Assembly: GCA_965219995.1 (NCBI GenBank)
Contig: CBDCOX010000002.1
Location: 4,576,001 to 4,640,000 of the forward strand
DNA length: 64,000 nt
From: Candidatus Latescibacterota bacterium
GTDB taxonomy: Bacteria > Latescibacterota > UBA2968 > GCA-2709665
Direction of reading: 5' to 3'
Under the pieces are notes generated by a model. The model was not told where the DNA came from and made no database searches. It saw nothing but the letters and a program-made list of their open reading frames with translations. Below are positions 1 through 8,396 of this stretch, piece by piece. The translations under genes were made by a program, and so were the position numbers. How positions within the stretch are numbered: position 1 is the stretch's first letter; each line of letters begins with the position of its first letter.

Positions 1-508
1 GAAGGGCCTGGTCTGGGCAATGGGTCTTGCCCTGGCCGTGGGCCTGATCACCGCGAGTACGATGACGCTCAAGCTCGGTTATGCCCACGGCGGTCTCAAC
101 CTGGACCGTCACTTTCTGGATTATGCTCGCCTGCCGTTCGATGCCTTCGTGGGCCGACGCATGCTGGAACCGAGTCCGGTCTTCACCAGAGGGTTCCTGT
201 ATCTCGGAGTGGGGGCCGCCATTGCGGCGCTTCTGGCAGCGATGCGGGCCCGTTTCGTGTGGTGGCCGCTGCATCCGGTCGCGCTTCCCGTCAGCACGAT
301 AGCGTATACGGACTATTTCTTTATCAATGTCTTTCTGGCCTGGGGGATCAAGAGCCTGGTGTTGAGGTTCGGAGGCGCCAGGCTCTACCGGTCGACCCGC
401 CCGCTTTTCATGGGGATTATCCTCGGAGAGGCCGTGTGCACGGGTGTCTGGATCGCTGTCGATTCCATCACCGGAACGGTCTCGAATATGTTTTTCCCAT
501 ATGCGTAA
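1..508 (+). CDS. C-terminal part of a DUF6785/DUF6784-type polytopic membrane protein (5' end outside the window)
   Basis: Hydrophobic segments and the motif 'RARFVWWPLHPVALP...FLAWGIKSLVLRFGGARLYR..RPLFMGIILGE'; the frame is open from the window edge. Confidence 0.65.
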   Translation, partial: KGLVWAMGLALAVGLITASTMTLKLGYAHGGLNLDRHFLDYARLPFDAFVGRRMLEPSPVFTRGFLYLGVGAAIAALLAAMRARFVWWPLHPVALPVSTIAYTDYFFINVFLAWGIKSLVLRFGGARLYRSTRPLFMGIILGEAVCTGVWIAVDSITGTVSNMFFPYA

Positions 509-511
509 GGC

Positions 512-645
512 CGAGACCGGTGAGACGTAAGAGGGTAGACGGTAGATGAAATCCTTGCCCGGTTGGTTCTTCCTCTATGCCTCCGGCAAGAGATGATACC
601 GAGCAGGCACTCACATCATCTCCCGTCTTACGTCTCACGTCTCCC
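512..645. repeat. Inverted heptamer-like repeat element
   Basis: gtgagacgtaagagggtagacggtagatga (~520-549) is roughly complementary to tcatctcccgtcttacgtctcacgtctc (~616-643). Confidence 0.45.
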
Positions 646-699
646 CGCCCTTAGCTTATCGCTGTCTTTCGACGACCGGATCACGGAACGGAGGGAAAA

Positions 700-1467
700 A
701 TGAACTCAGTTGAAACCGCAGAACGCAGCGGCGGCACACACGCTGTCGAACTGAATCAGACCTGGGACATGGGCCGCCTGGTTGACCTGACCTGCGATTA
801 CTTCAACGGCATGCCGGTCGATATGACCGGAACGCTGCCCTCGTTCCAAATGCGTGAACTGGACGAGGAGATGGAGGCCCTTTGCAGAGGCCGCGAGTAC
901 CGCAGTTACACCCAGGAAGTCCGGATGTGCGTGCAGGCCGGCAACTATCTGGAAACGGGAGCGCACCTCTATCCCGATATGGAGTCGGTGGCCGACGTCG
1001 GCCTGGAACGGCTGTTTGTATCCGCCGTGGTCCTGCATATCCCAAGAGGGAGGGACGAAAAGGTAACCGCCGCCGACCTGGAGGGCGCACTGGCGGCGCT
1101 TGGCGAGACGGTCCAACCGGGGGATGGGATCCTGGTCGCCACGGGATACAACCGATTTGGCAGCAACGATGTTCGCTGCGACCTGACGCCGCACTTCAGC
1201 TACGACGCGATTGACTGGGCGGTGAGTCGAGAGCCTTCGATCCTGGCTTCGGATATGGCCAGTTGGCACGACGGGGAGGAAGAGCCCAGTTTCTGGCCCA
1301 TGCTGATGAGGTCCGGTGTGCTGGTGATCGGGTCGCTGATAAACGTGGCGGAGATAACCGCTTCCCGCATCCGGTTGATCGCCCTGCCGATGAAAATCAG
1401 AGGCGCGTGCGCGGCGCCCTGCAGGCTGATCGCCGTCCTTCCATCGCACAGGGCGGAAACCGACTGA
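700..1467 (+). CDS. Cyclase / kynurenine formamidase-fold protein with a degenerate metal motif
   Basis: 'LVDLT', 'QPGDGILVATG' and 'LIALPMKIRGACAAPCRLIAV' match the cyclase family. The HxGTHxD motif is replaced by QAGNYLE. RBS GAGGG upstream. Confidence 0.75.
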   Translation: MNSVETAERSGGTHAVELNQTWDMGRLVDLTCDYFNGMPVDMTGTLPSFQMRELDEEMEALCRGREYRSYTQEVRMCVQAGNYLETGAHLYPDMESVADVGLERLFVSAVVLHIPRGRDEKVTAADLEGALAALGETVQPGDGILVATGYNRFGSNDVRCDLTPHFSYDAIDWAVSREPSILASDMASWHDGEEEPSFWPMLMRSGVLVIGSLINVAEITASRIRLIALPMKIRGACAAPCRLIAVLPSHRAETD

Positions 1468-1528
1468 TTCGCCGGAAAGCACGTAAGCGCGGGTTGGCTA
1501 AAAAACGTCTACAATCGAGGGGCACGCC

Positions 1529-2659
1529 ATGAAAATTGAAAGAATCACCGCCCACCGGCTTCGCGAATGCGAAATCAGCATGGAGAAGTGGACGCATTTC
1601 ACGAAGTGGAAGGCGAGCGAGGACTGGATCGAGGACGAAGACTTCGGCAGGAAGTGGATATCTCCCACGTGCGTCTGTTACAATCCCACCGACGGCCTCG
1701 TGTACGTGGGGCTGACAGCGCTGGACAGGGATATCTTCTACACGTTCGACCCGCGTACCCACACCTGGGAATCCCTGAACTATCCTGGCGAACGGGACCG
1801 GTACGGCAGCAAGATCCACCAGGGCCTCGAGGTGGACGACCAGGGCCGCGTGTACGCGGGGGTCGCCACGCTGGGCGACGCAGATATCTGGCCGAAAGCC
1901 AAGGGCGGTCCGATCTTTCGGTATGACCCCCGGACCAGCGAGTATGAATTTCTGTGTATCCCGATCGAGCACGACTACGTTCAGGGGTTCGTGATGGACC
2001 GCGGCCGCGGCATCATCTACGGAGATACGTTTCCCGGAAGGAAGATGTTCCGGTACGATATCGGAAGCGGCAGCGCACGGGTGCTGACCATGCTGGGCGA
2101 CGTTTCCACCGAGCATCTGGCGCTGGACGCGGACGGAGGCGCCTGGCATACGTACGAACTGATGCAGTGGGCCGGGAGGTATCCGCTTCTGCGCTACGAT
2201 CCGGACCGCGACGAGATCGAATTCACGAACGTGGATCTGCCGGATGTATCGCCCGGAATCAAGGGTTCGAATCAAATGGACACGGCGCTGCTGACGGAGG
2301 ACGGGACGCTGTACATCGGCACATCCGCCGGGGCGCTGGTGCAACTGGACCACCGGGGTCCCGAAGTGAACGTGACGTATCTCGGAAAGCCATACGTCGC
2401 GCCGCGTATGAAGGGATTGGTCGAGGGTCCGGACGGGCTGATCTACGGCGTCAGCGGCGGAGACTACGACACGCACTTCTTCACGTACGACCGCAAGACG
2501 GGGTTGTTCGACGATCTGGGGCCGATCCGGGATACGCGGGACGGGACGCGGTGCTGGCTGGCGCATCATATGTGCATGGTGGACGCGAAGACGTTCATCG
2601 TGGCCGAATCCGACAACCACTTCCGCGCGAGTTTTCTCTTCAAGGTGGAGTTGGAGTAG
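1529..2659 (+). CDS. Hypothetical beta-propeller protein
   Basis: Repeated blade-like motifs (DGLVYVG, QGRVYAG, DGTLYIGT, DGLIYG; FRYDP). RBS GAGGGG. Confidence 0.65.
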   Translation: MKIERITAHRLRECEISMEKWTHFTKWKASEDWIEDEDFGRKWISPTCVCYNPTDGLVYVGLTALDRDIFYTFDPRTHTWESLNYPGERDRYGSKIHQGLEVDDQGRVYAGVATLGDADIWPKAKGGPIFRYDPRTSEYEFLCIPIEHDYVQGFVMDRGRGIIYGDTFPGRKMFRYDIGSGSARVLTMLGDVSTEHLALDADGGAWHTYELMQWAGRYPLLRYDPDRDEIEFTNVDLPDVSPGIKGSNQMDTALLTEDGTLYIGTSAGALVQLDHRGPEVNVTYLGKPYVAPRMKGLVEGPDGLIYGVSGGDYDTHFFTYDRKTGLFDDLGPIRDTRDGTRCWLAHHMCMVDAKTFIVAESDNHFRASFLFKVELE

Positions 2660-2678
2660 GTTCGGAAAGAGGAACCGG

Positions 2679-3239
2679 ATGGTCCTGATTGCGATCGGTG
2701 GATTTCCGGGCGCCGGAAAGACGACGATTTGCCGCAGACTCTCAAATGAATTCAATCTGCCCTGCTTGAGTTCTGATACAATCGGTCGCGCAATAACAGA
2801 GTCGAAGGGTATCGGAGACAGCGGAATCGACGCTTTCCGGGTTGCCTACGACGTCCTCTTTCGCCTATGCGAGGAGTTCGTCCAGTCCTCTGCCAGCGTG
2901 ATTCTCGACCTGACCCTGGGATGGGATTTCCATTGGCGGCGACTTGACGAGATTTTCCGCCGGCATCCCCGTACTTTGTTTCTTCCCGTCATCCTTCGCT
3001 GTCCGCACGAACAGTGTATCGAACGAATCCGGATGAGATACGAGGCGATGCCGCACGCATACGAGGAACCGGAATACTACACCGGCCAGCAAAGGGTACG
3101 GGATATCTGGGATTATCTGGAGGCCATCGATCGACCTGAGGTCCGCTTCGTGGATGCCCGCGGAGAAGAGGAGCAGGTATATCGCGAAGTAAAACAATAT
3201 GTTATGGATCGGATTCAGAAACGGAGCGGAATGCGTTGA
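2679..3239 (+). CDS. AAA_33-type P-loop kinase/ATPase
   Basis: Walker A GFPGAGKTT, 'LSSD', 'SVILD' and an RxxxR lid. Confidence 0.8.
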   Translation: MVLIAIGGFPGAGKTTICRRLSNEFNLPCLSSDTIGRAITESKGIGDSGIDAFRVAYDVLFRLCEEFVQSSASVILDLTLGWDFHWRRLDEIFRRHPRTLFLPVILRCPHEQCIERIRMRYEAMPHAYEEPEYYTGQQRVRDIWDYLEAIDRPEVRFVDARGEEEQVYREVKQYVMDRIQKRSGMR

Positions 3240-3430
3240 GTGGTATCCAATGATCGAAAACGCCTCTTGGGGACGCAGAATGCATCGGATGTAAAGGCTT
3301 GAAGTAGATACTTTGCGTGCATGCCGCCGTTCTGATTCGGACGTCTCAAGCGGAGCGCAATCAAAAGCGGGAATCCCGTGGCTCCCGGAAGGGCTGCGGG
3401 ATCTCATTGTTATACATAAACGGGCTGAAA

Positions 3431-3594
3431 GGGTGGGGCAGACATTCCTGTCTGCCGACGTGTGCTGAACCTGTCATCCTGAGAAAGCCGCCGGGGAAAC
3501 GAGGCCTCCGCGCATACGGGTCGGTGAAAGCTTACGCTGCACGTCAAGCCGGGAAGACGGGAGATTCTTCGCTGCGCTCAGAATGACATGTTTT
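3431..3594 (+). repeat. ~165-bp composite repeat, copy 1: REP-like GTGGGGCAGACATTCCTGTCTGCC plus a TGTCATCCTGAG...CTCAGAATGACA element
   Basis: Near-identical direct copy at 4040-4204. Internal palindrome GGCAGACA-TTCC-TGTCTGCC and imperfect terminal inverted repeat GTCATCCTGAG/CTCAGAATGAC. Confidence 0.9.
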
Positions 3595-3636
3595 TACAAT
3601 AGCCATAAGCGGAGAGTTTCGGTCATGCCTTCGCCA

Positions 3637-3715
3637 AACCTGTCATCCTGAGGAAGCCGTCCTGGCTGCCAGCGATTCATCGGCAGGCAGGCTGACGAAG
3701 GATCTACTGCGGCAT
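3637..3715 (+). repeat. Repeat with an inverted paralog at ~62927-63005
   Basis: aacctgtcatcctgaggaagccg...ggctgacgaaggatctactgc matches the reverse complement of the 62.9-kb sequence. Confidence 0.8.
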
Positions 3716-3818
3716 CGCTTGATGACCTGACGACTGGCATTCAAACGACGAAATAAGCGGCACGTTTGCGCCCACACAGTCAGCCGAGGTGGCGCGTGTG
3801 TCGATGGGGTCCCGATAT

Positions 3819-3894
3819 ACGGGCATTTCGACATTTCGACAAGCTTACTTCGGCAGGCTCAGCACAAGCAATGCAGGCATGCTCAATGACCACG
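3819..3894 (+). repeat. Nested TTCGACAAGCTCA-family palindromic repeats
   Basis: Unit CATTTCGACAAGCTCAATGACCACG (intact at 20426-20450 on the minus strand) is interrupted here by two related units. Confidence 0.7.
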
Positions 3895-3962
3895 TTTTGG
3901 TAGGAGTTTCTCAGCGTCGTTTAGAATGTCATGTTGGCCGTTCATTTCCGTCGCGGGAAGCC

Positions 3963-3987
3963 GGGCGCCCACAAGGGACGCCCCTAC
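3963..3987 (-). repeat. GTAG-type REP-like palindrome GTAGGGGCGTCCCTTGTGGGCGCCC
   Basis: Second copy at 32673-32697 (+). GTAG tetramer followed by an imperfect GC-rich hairpin. Confidence 0.8.
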
Positions 3988-4039
3988 ACGGGGCAGGGGG
4001 AGTCACGTCCAGGTGGAGACGATGAGGAAGCCGTTGTGA

Positions 4040-4204
4040 GGGTGGGGCAGACATTCCTGTCTGCCGACGTGTGCTGAACCTGTCATCCTGAGGAAGCCGC
4101 CAGGGAAACCAGCCCCCCGCGCATACGGGTCGGTGAAAACTTCCGCTGTACGTCAAGCCGGGAAGACGGGAGATTCTTCGCTCCGCTCAGAATGACATGT
4201 TTTG
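4040..4204 (+). repeat. ~165-bp composite repeat, copy 2
   Basis: Direct repeat of 3431-3594. Confidence 0.9.
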
Positions 4205-4217
4205 CAATGACCAATGG

Positions 4218-4257
4218 CAAAACAGAATCCCGCCGCCCGCAGAGGGCCGACGGGATT
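4218..4257 (-). terminator. Putative intrinsic terminator downstream of hicA
   Basis: Minus strand AATCCCGTCGGCCC-TCTGC-GGGCGGCGGGATT followed by CTGTTTT. Confidence 0.55.
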
Positions 4258-4284
4258 TAACCTTCCGGCTCAGGTAATCGAGAT

Positions 4285-4554
4285 TCACTTGATGATTTTG
4301 AGTCGCTTCAGGTCGTCTTCCGACCAACCTATGCTATCCAGAATACCCTTCAGGATTTTTGGACCGAAAGTTTCCTTTGGATGATAATGAATAACCACCC
4401 GCTTGCCGTTATGATAAAATGGCCTGGTGGCGCTTCTGCTTCGTTCCTCTTCCCACCCATCCGCCCTCATCGCGCGCATGAGTTTCTCGACCGAAATTGC
4501 CCTTATCTGGCTCCAGACATGCTTGACATAGACGGCCATGTCAATCCTGTCCAT
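4285..4554 (-). CDS. hicA: HicA-family toxin (start may be the ATG at 4539)
   Basis: Small basic protein with 'KLMRAMRADGW...RVVIHYHPKETFGPKILKGILDSIGWS', a HicA-type pattern. Confidence 0.75.
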   Translation of the reverse strand: MDRIDMAVYVKHVWSQIRAISVEKLMRAMRADGWEEERSRSATRPFYHNGKRVVIHYHPKETFGPKILKGILDSIGWSEDDLKRLKIIK

Positions 4555-4832
4555 TCGTTGGGCCGAGAGTTCGAAGGCTCTCCAATGCTGGCGAAGCCCA
4601 TATCCAGGTCTTCGACCTTTTCAATGATCAAGTCCGGCCCAACAGGCAGGGACTCTCCGTGTCTCTTCAGCGAATCCAAATAGGCCCTGATTCCCTCTCT
4701 TGTTCGCCGCAGGGCTTCCTTTCTGGTTGGCCCGTCTATATGTAGGCCCGGAAGGGCCGGTGCGTGGACGTAGAATTGATCCTCGTCCGGTTCTACGATG
4801 ACCCGGACGCGAATCTTATAGCGGGCGTGCAT
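4503..4832 (-). CDS. hicB: HicB-family antitoxin (short, no obvious C-terminal DNA-binding domain)
   Basis: 'VIVEPDEDQFYVHAPALPGLHIDGPTRKEALRRTREGIRAYLDSL...GESLP' is the HicB partial RNase H fold motif. Confidence 0.85.
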   Translation of the reverse strand: MHARYKIRVRVIVEPDEDQFYVHAPALPGLHIDGPTRKEALRRTREGIRAYLDSLKRHGESLPVGPDLIIEKVEDLDMGFASIGEPSNSRPNEWTGLTWPSMSSMSGAR

Positions 4833-5173
4833 ATTTCACCGTCCTTTGGGCTTTTCATTTCATTCGGGTTCGCGGGAAGTACCTTCTTGCAGGTGTTCGA
4901 TCTTGCGAGACGGAATTCTAATCTTCCATTTCCTTGTGTAGAGAAGTGGCGTGCGATTCAGGTCGGCGGACCGTGTCTTAGACAAATATACCAAATGAAG
5001 GAGCGTGATGTCAATTCTCAGTTTCCCGCGATCCGTGAATCGCACTTGTACCCTTTATTCCACTGTCCCCGAAGCGGGACGTTTTCGTTTGCCGGGAGAA
5101 AGGTTAACGGTTATTTTTATTATGACTTATTCAGTGCATCGTCTTCAATCGTCGCGATCGGAGACCGTTTGAC

Positions 5174-5959
5174 GTGACGACCCTCGAGGCAATTCTACTC
5201 GGAGTGGTGCAGGGGCTGTCGGAATTCCTGCCGGTGAGCAGTTCGGGACATCTCGTCCTGGGACGAGCCCTGCTGGGCGTACAGTCGGGAGACCTGGTGT
5301 TCGAGGTGATCGTCCACTTCGGCACATTGCTCGCCGTGTTTGCGGTTCTCGGCGGTCGGATCCGGGGGCTGGCATCCGGCTGCATCCGGCGGGAAGCGGC
5401 GTCCCTGCGAATGCTGCAGCTGTTGCTGGTCGGCACGGTTCCCGCGGGGGTAGCAGGGTTCTTTTTCGAGGACTATGTCGCACTTGCGTTCGGCAGCCCT
5501 GCCGCGGCGGCTGGATGCCTTGTCGCAACGGGCATCGTGTTGTGGAGCACGCGATTCGTCACGGGAAGACGGAGTGAAATCGGATTTGCCGACGCGCTGC
5601 TGATCGGGCTTGCGCAGGCGCTGGCGATACTGCCCGGGATTTCGCGCTCCGGTCTGACAATCAGCGCGGGCATATGGCGTGGCGTTGACGGCAGGGAGGC
5701 GGCGACTTTTTCGTTTCTGCTGTCGATTCCGGTGATCCTTGGCGCAACCGCGTTGAAGGCCGGCGACCTGATTGCTCATCCGCCGGACTGGAACGTCGTT
5801 GGGCCGCTGGTGGCGGGTCTGGCTGCGGCTTTCGCTTCCGGTGTGTTTGCGATCCGGTGGTTGTTTGCCGTGCTGAGGGGCAGCCGCCTGGACCGGTTTT
5901 CGTATTATTGCTGGGCGATCGGTTTCGTAGCGCTGGCGGTCTTCCGGCTGCATTCGTGA
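5174..5959 (+). CDS. uppP: Undecaprenyl-diphosphate phosphatase
   Basis: 'LGVVQGLSEFLPVSSSGHL', 'PGISRSG' and 'FSFLLSIP' BacA motifs. Confidence 0.95.
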   Translation: MTTLEAILLGVVQGLSEFLPVSSSGHLVLGRALLGVQSGDLVFEVIVHFGTLLAVFAVLGGRIRGLASGCIRREAASLRMLQLLLVGTVPAGVAGFFFEDYVALAFGSPAAAAGCLVATGIVLWSTRFVTGRRSEIGFADALLIGLAQALAILPGISRSGLTISAGIWRGVDGREAATFSFLLSIPVILGATALKAGDLIAHPPDWNVVGPLVAGLAAAFASGVFAIRWLFAVLRGSRLDRFSYYCWAIGFVALAVFRLHS

Positions 5960-5970
5960 AGGGACTCCTA

Positions 5971-6366
5971 ATGCGCATTGCAATTTGTCTCACTGCCCTG
6001 GCCGTGATACTGGGGTGTGGAAGGAATTCAAAAGCCCTGGACGCCGAAGAGCTGTCGAATTTGCTCTCCATAACGAATCTGTCCGCGCGGCCGGTGCTCA
6101 ATCAGGACGATCCGCCCCTGATTATCGCGGTGCGTATCGACGCGGACGTGGTCCACGTTGGAGACGTTCCGATCGAAGCGCCCTTTGTCCTGACCTGGCG
6201 TCTGGTGGACGATCAGAACGACACCGTGGGGGAGGCTTCGAAACGACTGGAAGGAAATATGGCGCCCGGCGCCGTCCGGCCCGTCACGCTGACGATTGAA
6301 TTTGAGGCCCGAGAGACTGTCGCCGGGCTGCGGAACGTGGCGACGTTCGATCCGGTTTCATCGTAA
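5971..6366 (+). CDS. Putative lipoprotein
   Basis: ATG at 5971 after AAGGGA; N-terminus MRIAICLTALAVILG-C is a lipobox. Confidence 0.65.
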   Translation: MRIAICLTALAVILGCGRNSKALDAEELSNLLSITNLSARPVLNQDDPPLIIAVRIDADVVHVGDVPIEAPFVLTWRLVDDQNDTVGEASKRLEGNMAPGAVRPVTLTIEFEARETVAGLRNVATFDPVSS

Positions 6367-6439
6367 CCCAGAATTGCCTTGATTGCCTGCCTGGAATGTC
6401 GTATTTTCCGGTCCGAACTTTTGTTCGGGGACTTCCAAT

Positions 6440-6464
6440 CCGGCATCGCTGCCGGGCTTTTTTT
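6440..6464 (+). terminator. Putative intrinsic terminator
   Basis: CCGGCA-TCGC-TGCCGG followed by GC and a T7 run. Confidence 0.5.
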
Positions 6465-6481
6465 CGCCCGGAAAGGAGCAA

Positions 6482-7225
6482 ATGGAACTCTATATAATCC
6501 GGCATGGTCAGTCGGCGAACAATGCGATGGCCGAAGGAGGTCGGCGGGTTAGCGATCCGCCGCTGACCGATATCGGCGAGGCCCAGGCCGACCGGCTCGC
6601 ACGGTACCTGGCCGCGTCCGGAGACGGCGTTCAGGAAGTCCACGCCGCCGGCATGCAGCAGAATTGCGCGGGGTTCGAGTTCGACCGGATTTTCTCGAGT
6701 CCAATGTTGCGCGCGATGCAGACAGCGGCGCCGGTCGGGCGTGCGCTGGGAGTCCGGCCCGAAATCTGGATCGACATTCATGAAGAGGGCGGGGTCTGGC
6801 TGGACGAGGGCGATGGACGGGGCGAGGTGGGGTATCCTGGACTCACCCGCAGTGAAGTCGCCGCGCGGTTCCCGGAATTTGCAGTTCCCGAAGCGATCAC
6901 GGAAGAAGGCTGGTGGAACCGTCCGCCGGAGATCAAGGCGGAGTGGCGCGCGCGGGCGAGGAGGGTGGCTTCGGTACTGCACGAACGATTCGCGGGCGCC
7001 GGAAGCCAGATCGCGCTGGTGTGCCACGGGGGTTTCGCCAACGACCTGCTCCATGCCGTGTTCGCCGGAATGCCGGACGGCGTCTATTTCGAAAACCCGA
7101 ATACGGCCGTCAGCCGGCTGGATTTCAATGGCAGGGGATGGGTGCAGGTCCGGTATCTGAGCCGCGTCGCCCACCTCCCATCGGAACTGATCACCCCAAT
7201 CGTCGGACGAGGGCGCGCAACCTGA
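6482..7225 (+). CDS. Histidine phosphatase (phosphoglycerate mutase) family protein
   Basis: 'LYIIRHGQS', 'SSPMLRAMQTA' and 'LVCHGG'; RBS AAGGAG. Confidence 0.9.
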   Translation: MELYIIRHGQSANNAMAEGGRRVSDPPLTDIGEAQADRLARYLAASGDGVQEVHAAGMQQNCAGFEFDRIFSSPMLRAMQTAAPVGRALGVRPEIWIDIHEEGGVWLDEGDGRGEVGYPGLTRSEVAARFPEFAVPEAITEEGWWNRPPEIKAEWRARARRVASVLHERFAGAGSQIALVCHGGFANDLLHAVFAGMPDGVYFENPNTAVSRLDFNGRGWVQVRYLSRVAHLPSELITPIVGRGRAT

Positions 7226-7311
7226 ACGTTAAATTCAGGTTGACCACGAGAATCAATCGAAGACTCCCGCGGTAAGCCACCCATCTTCCTTTTCCATCGA
7301 GGTGTCTCAAT

Positions 7312-8319
7312 ATGGCAAGACCCGAAGTGATTCTATCCGGTTTTGCGGATGAAGGCCCCGTGAGCAAGCGGGCCGAAGAGCAGTTGACGATGATGTCCGC
7401 CCTCGGGCTCTCCTATTACACGATCCGGTTTATCGATCTTGGCAACGGTGTGAAGAACGTCATGGAGCTGTCAGACGAGGAAGTGCATCGGCTCCAGGAT
7501 CTCCACAACGCGTATGGCATAGGGGTCTCGAGCGTCGGCTCTCCGCTGGGCAAGGTCAAGCTGGTGGACGAGGAAGACGGTACACAGAACCGGTACGTCC
7601 CGTTCCAAACCTATCTGCAGAATGACGTGCAACGGGCGATCGATCTGGCGCACGCCTTCAATACCAGACTGCTCCGGGGGTTCAGCTATTACCATCCCCA
7701 CGGGGAGGATCCCTGGCCGTACCTGGATCGGGCGGCGGACCAGCTGGGTCAGATTGTTGAAAGATGCGCGTCTGCAGGCGTGGTCTACGGCATGGAGGTG
7801 GAGGCGGACCTGATCGGCGGTGACGGGGACACGTTGATCGCACTGTTCGAGAAAGTCAACAGTCCCTACGTGTGCATCATTCCGGACGTGGGGAACATGG
7901 AATCCAGCGGTCACAGCCCGGACAGCGCGTACGAGCACTACGTCAAGATGAAGCCGGGTGTGGGCTGGATCCATATCAAGGGGTTCAACAACCCCTCGGA
8001 CCAGGCCATGCTTGATGCCGCCGGGGAGCGGGGACTGACCCGGTTCATCCCCGTGGACCGGGGCGATTCCGGCCACGAGCAGGTATTGCGCGACTTCCGG
8101 TCCCTGGTGCCGGAAATCCAGGAGCGCCTGTCGCCTCTGGGCGTACCGGGGGTTTTCGTGGACCTGGAGCCGCACGTCAAGGGCGGCGGCCAGTTTGGCG
8201 GCGTCAGCGGGGTGGACGGGTTCGGCGTGGCCTTCCGCAGCCTCTGCCGCCTCCTGGATTACCTGGAGTACGACTATCGTCTGACGGGCTACGAGGATAT
8301 CTCCAATCCCGCGTCGTAG
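7312..8319 (+). CDS. Sugar-phosphate isomerase/epimerase (xylose isomerase-like TIM barrel)
   Basis: 'LSGFADE', 'GSPLGKV', 'MEVE', 'DVGN', 'IHIK' and 'LEPH' metal-binding pattern. Confidence 0.8.
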   Translation: MARPEVILSGFADEGPVSKRAEEQLTMMSALGLSYYTIRFIDLGNGVKNVMELSDEEVHRLQDLHNAYGIGVSSVGSPLGKVKLVDEEDGTQNRYVPFQTYLQNDVQRAIDLAHAFNTRLLRGFSYYHPHGEDPWPYLDRAADQLGQIVERCASAGVVYGMEVEADLIGGDGDTLIALFEKVNSPYVCIIPDVGNMESSGHSPDSAYEHYVKMKPGVGWIHIKGFNNPSDQAMLDAAGERGLTRFIPVDRGDSGHEQVLRDFRSLVPEIQERLSPLGVPGVFVDLEPHVKGGGQFGGVSGVDGFGVAFRSLCRLLDYLEYDYRLTGYEDISNPAS

Positions 8320-8396
8320 ACGTCAACGCGGCCGAATACCACCAGGGGTGCAGTTGACGCGCCCCTGTTCTTTTTGATTTCCAGGCCGAGGTCTCA

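Noticed and set aside
1397-2755. Long antisense ORFs (also 25076-26689, 41984-43723, 53413-55284, 61227-62660)
   Set aside because: They are shadows of real genes in high-GC DNA, with no motifs or RBS.
3317-4156. Short ORFs in the repeat-rich intergenic region
   Set aside because: They are translations of REP-like palindromes; the same peptides (e.g. WGRHSCLP, RQTGMSAPP) recur wherever the repeat occurs.
4860-5045. 61-aa ORF upstream of hicB as a possible third TA component
   Set aside because: No recognisable motif or RBS, so it cannot be supported.
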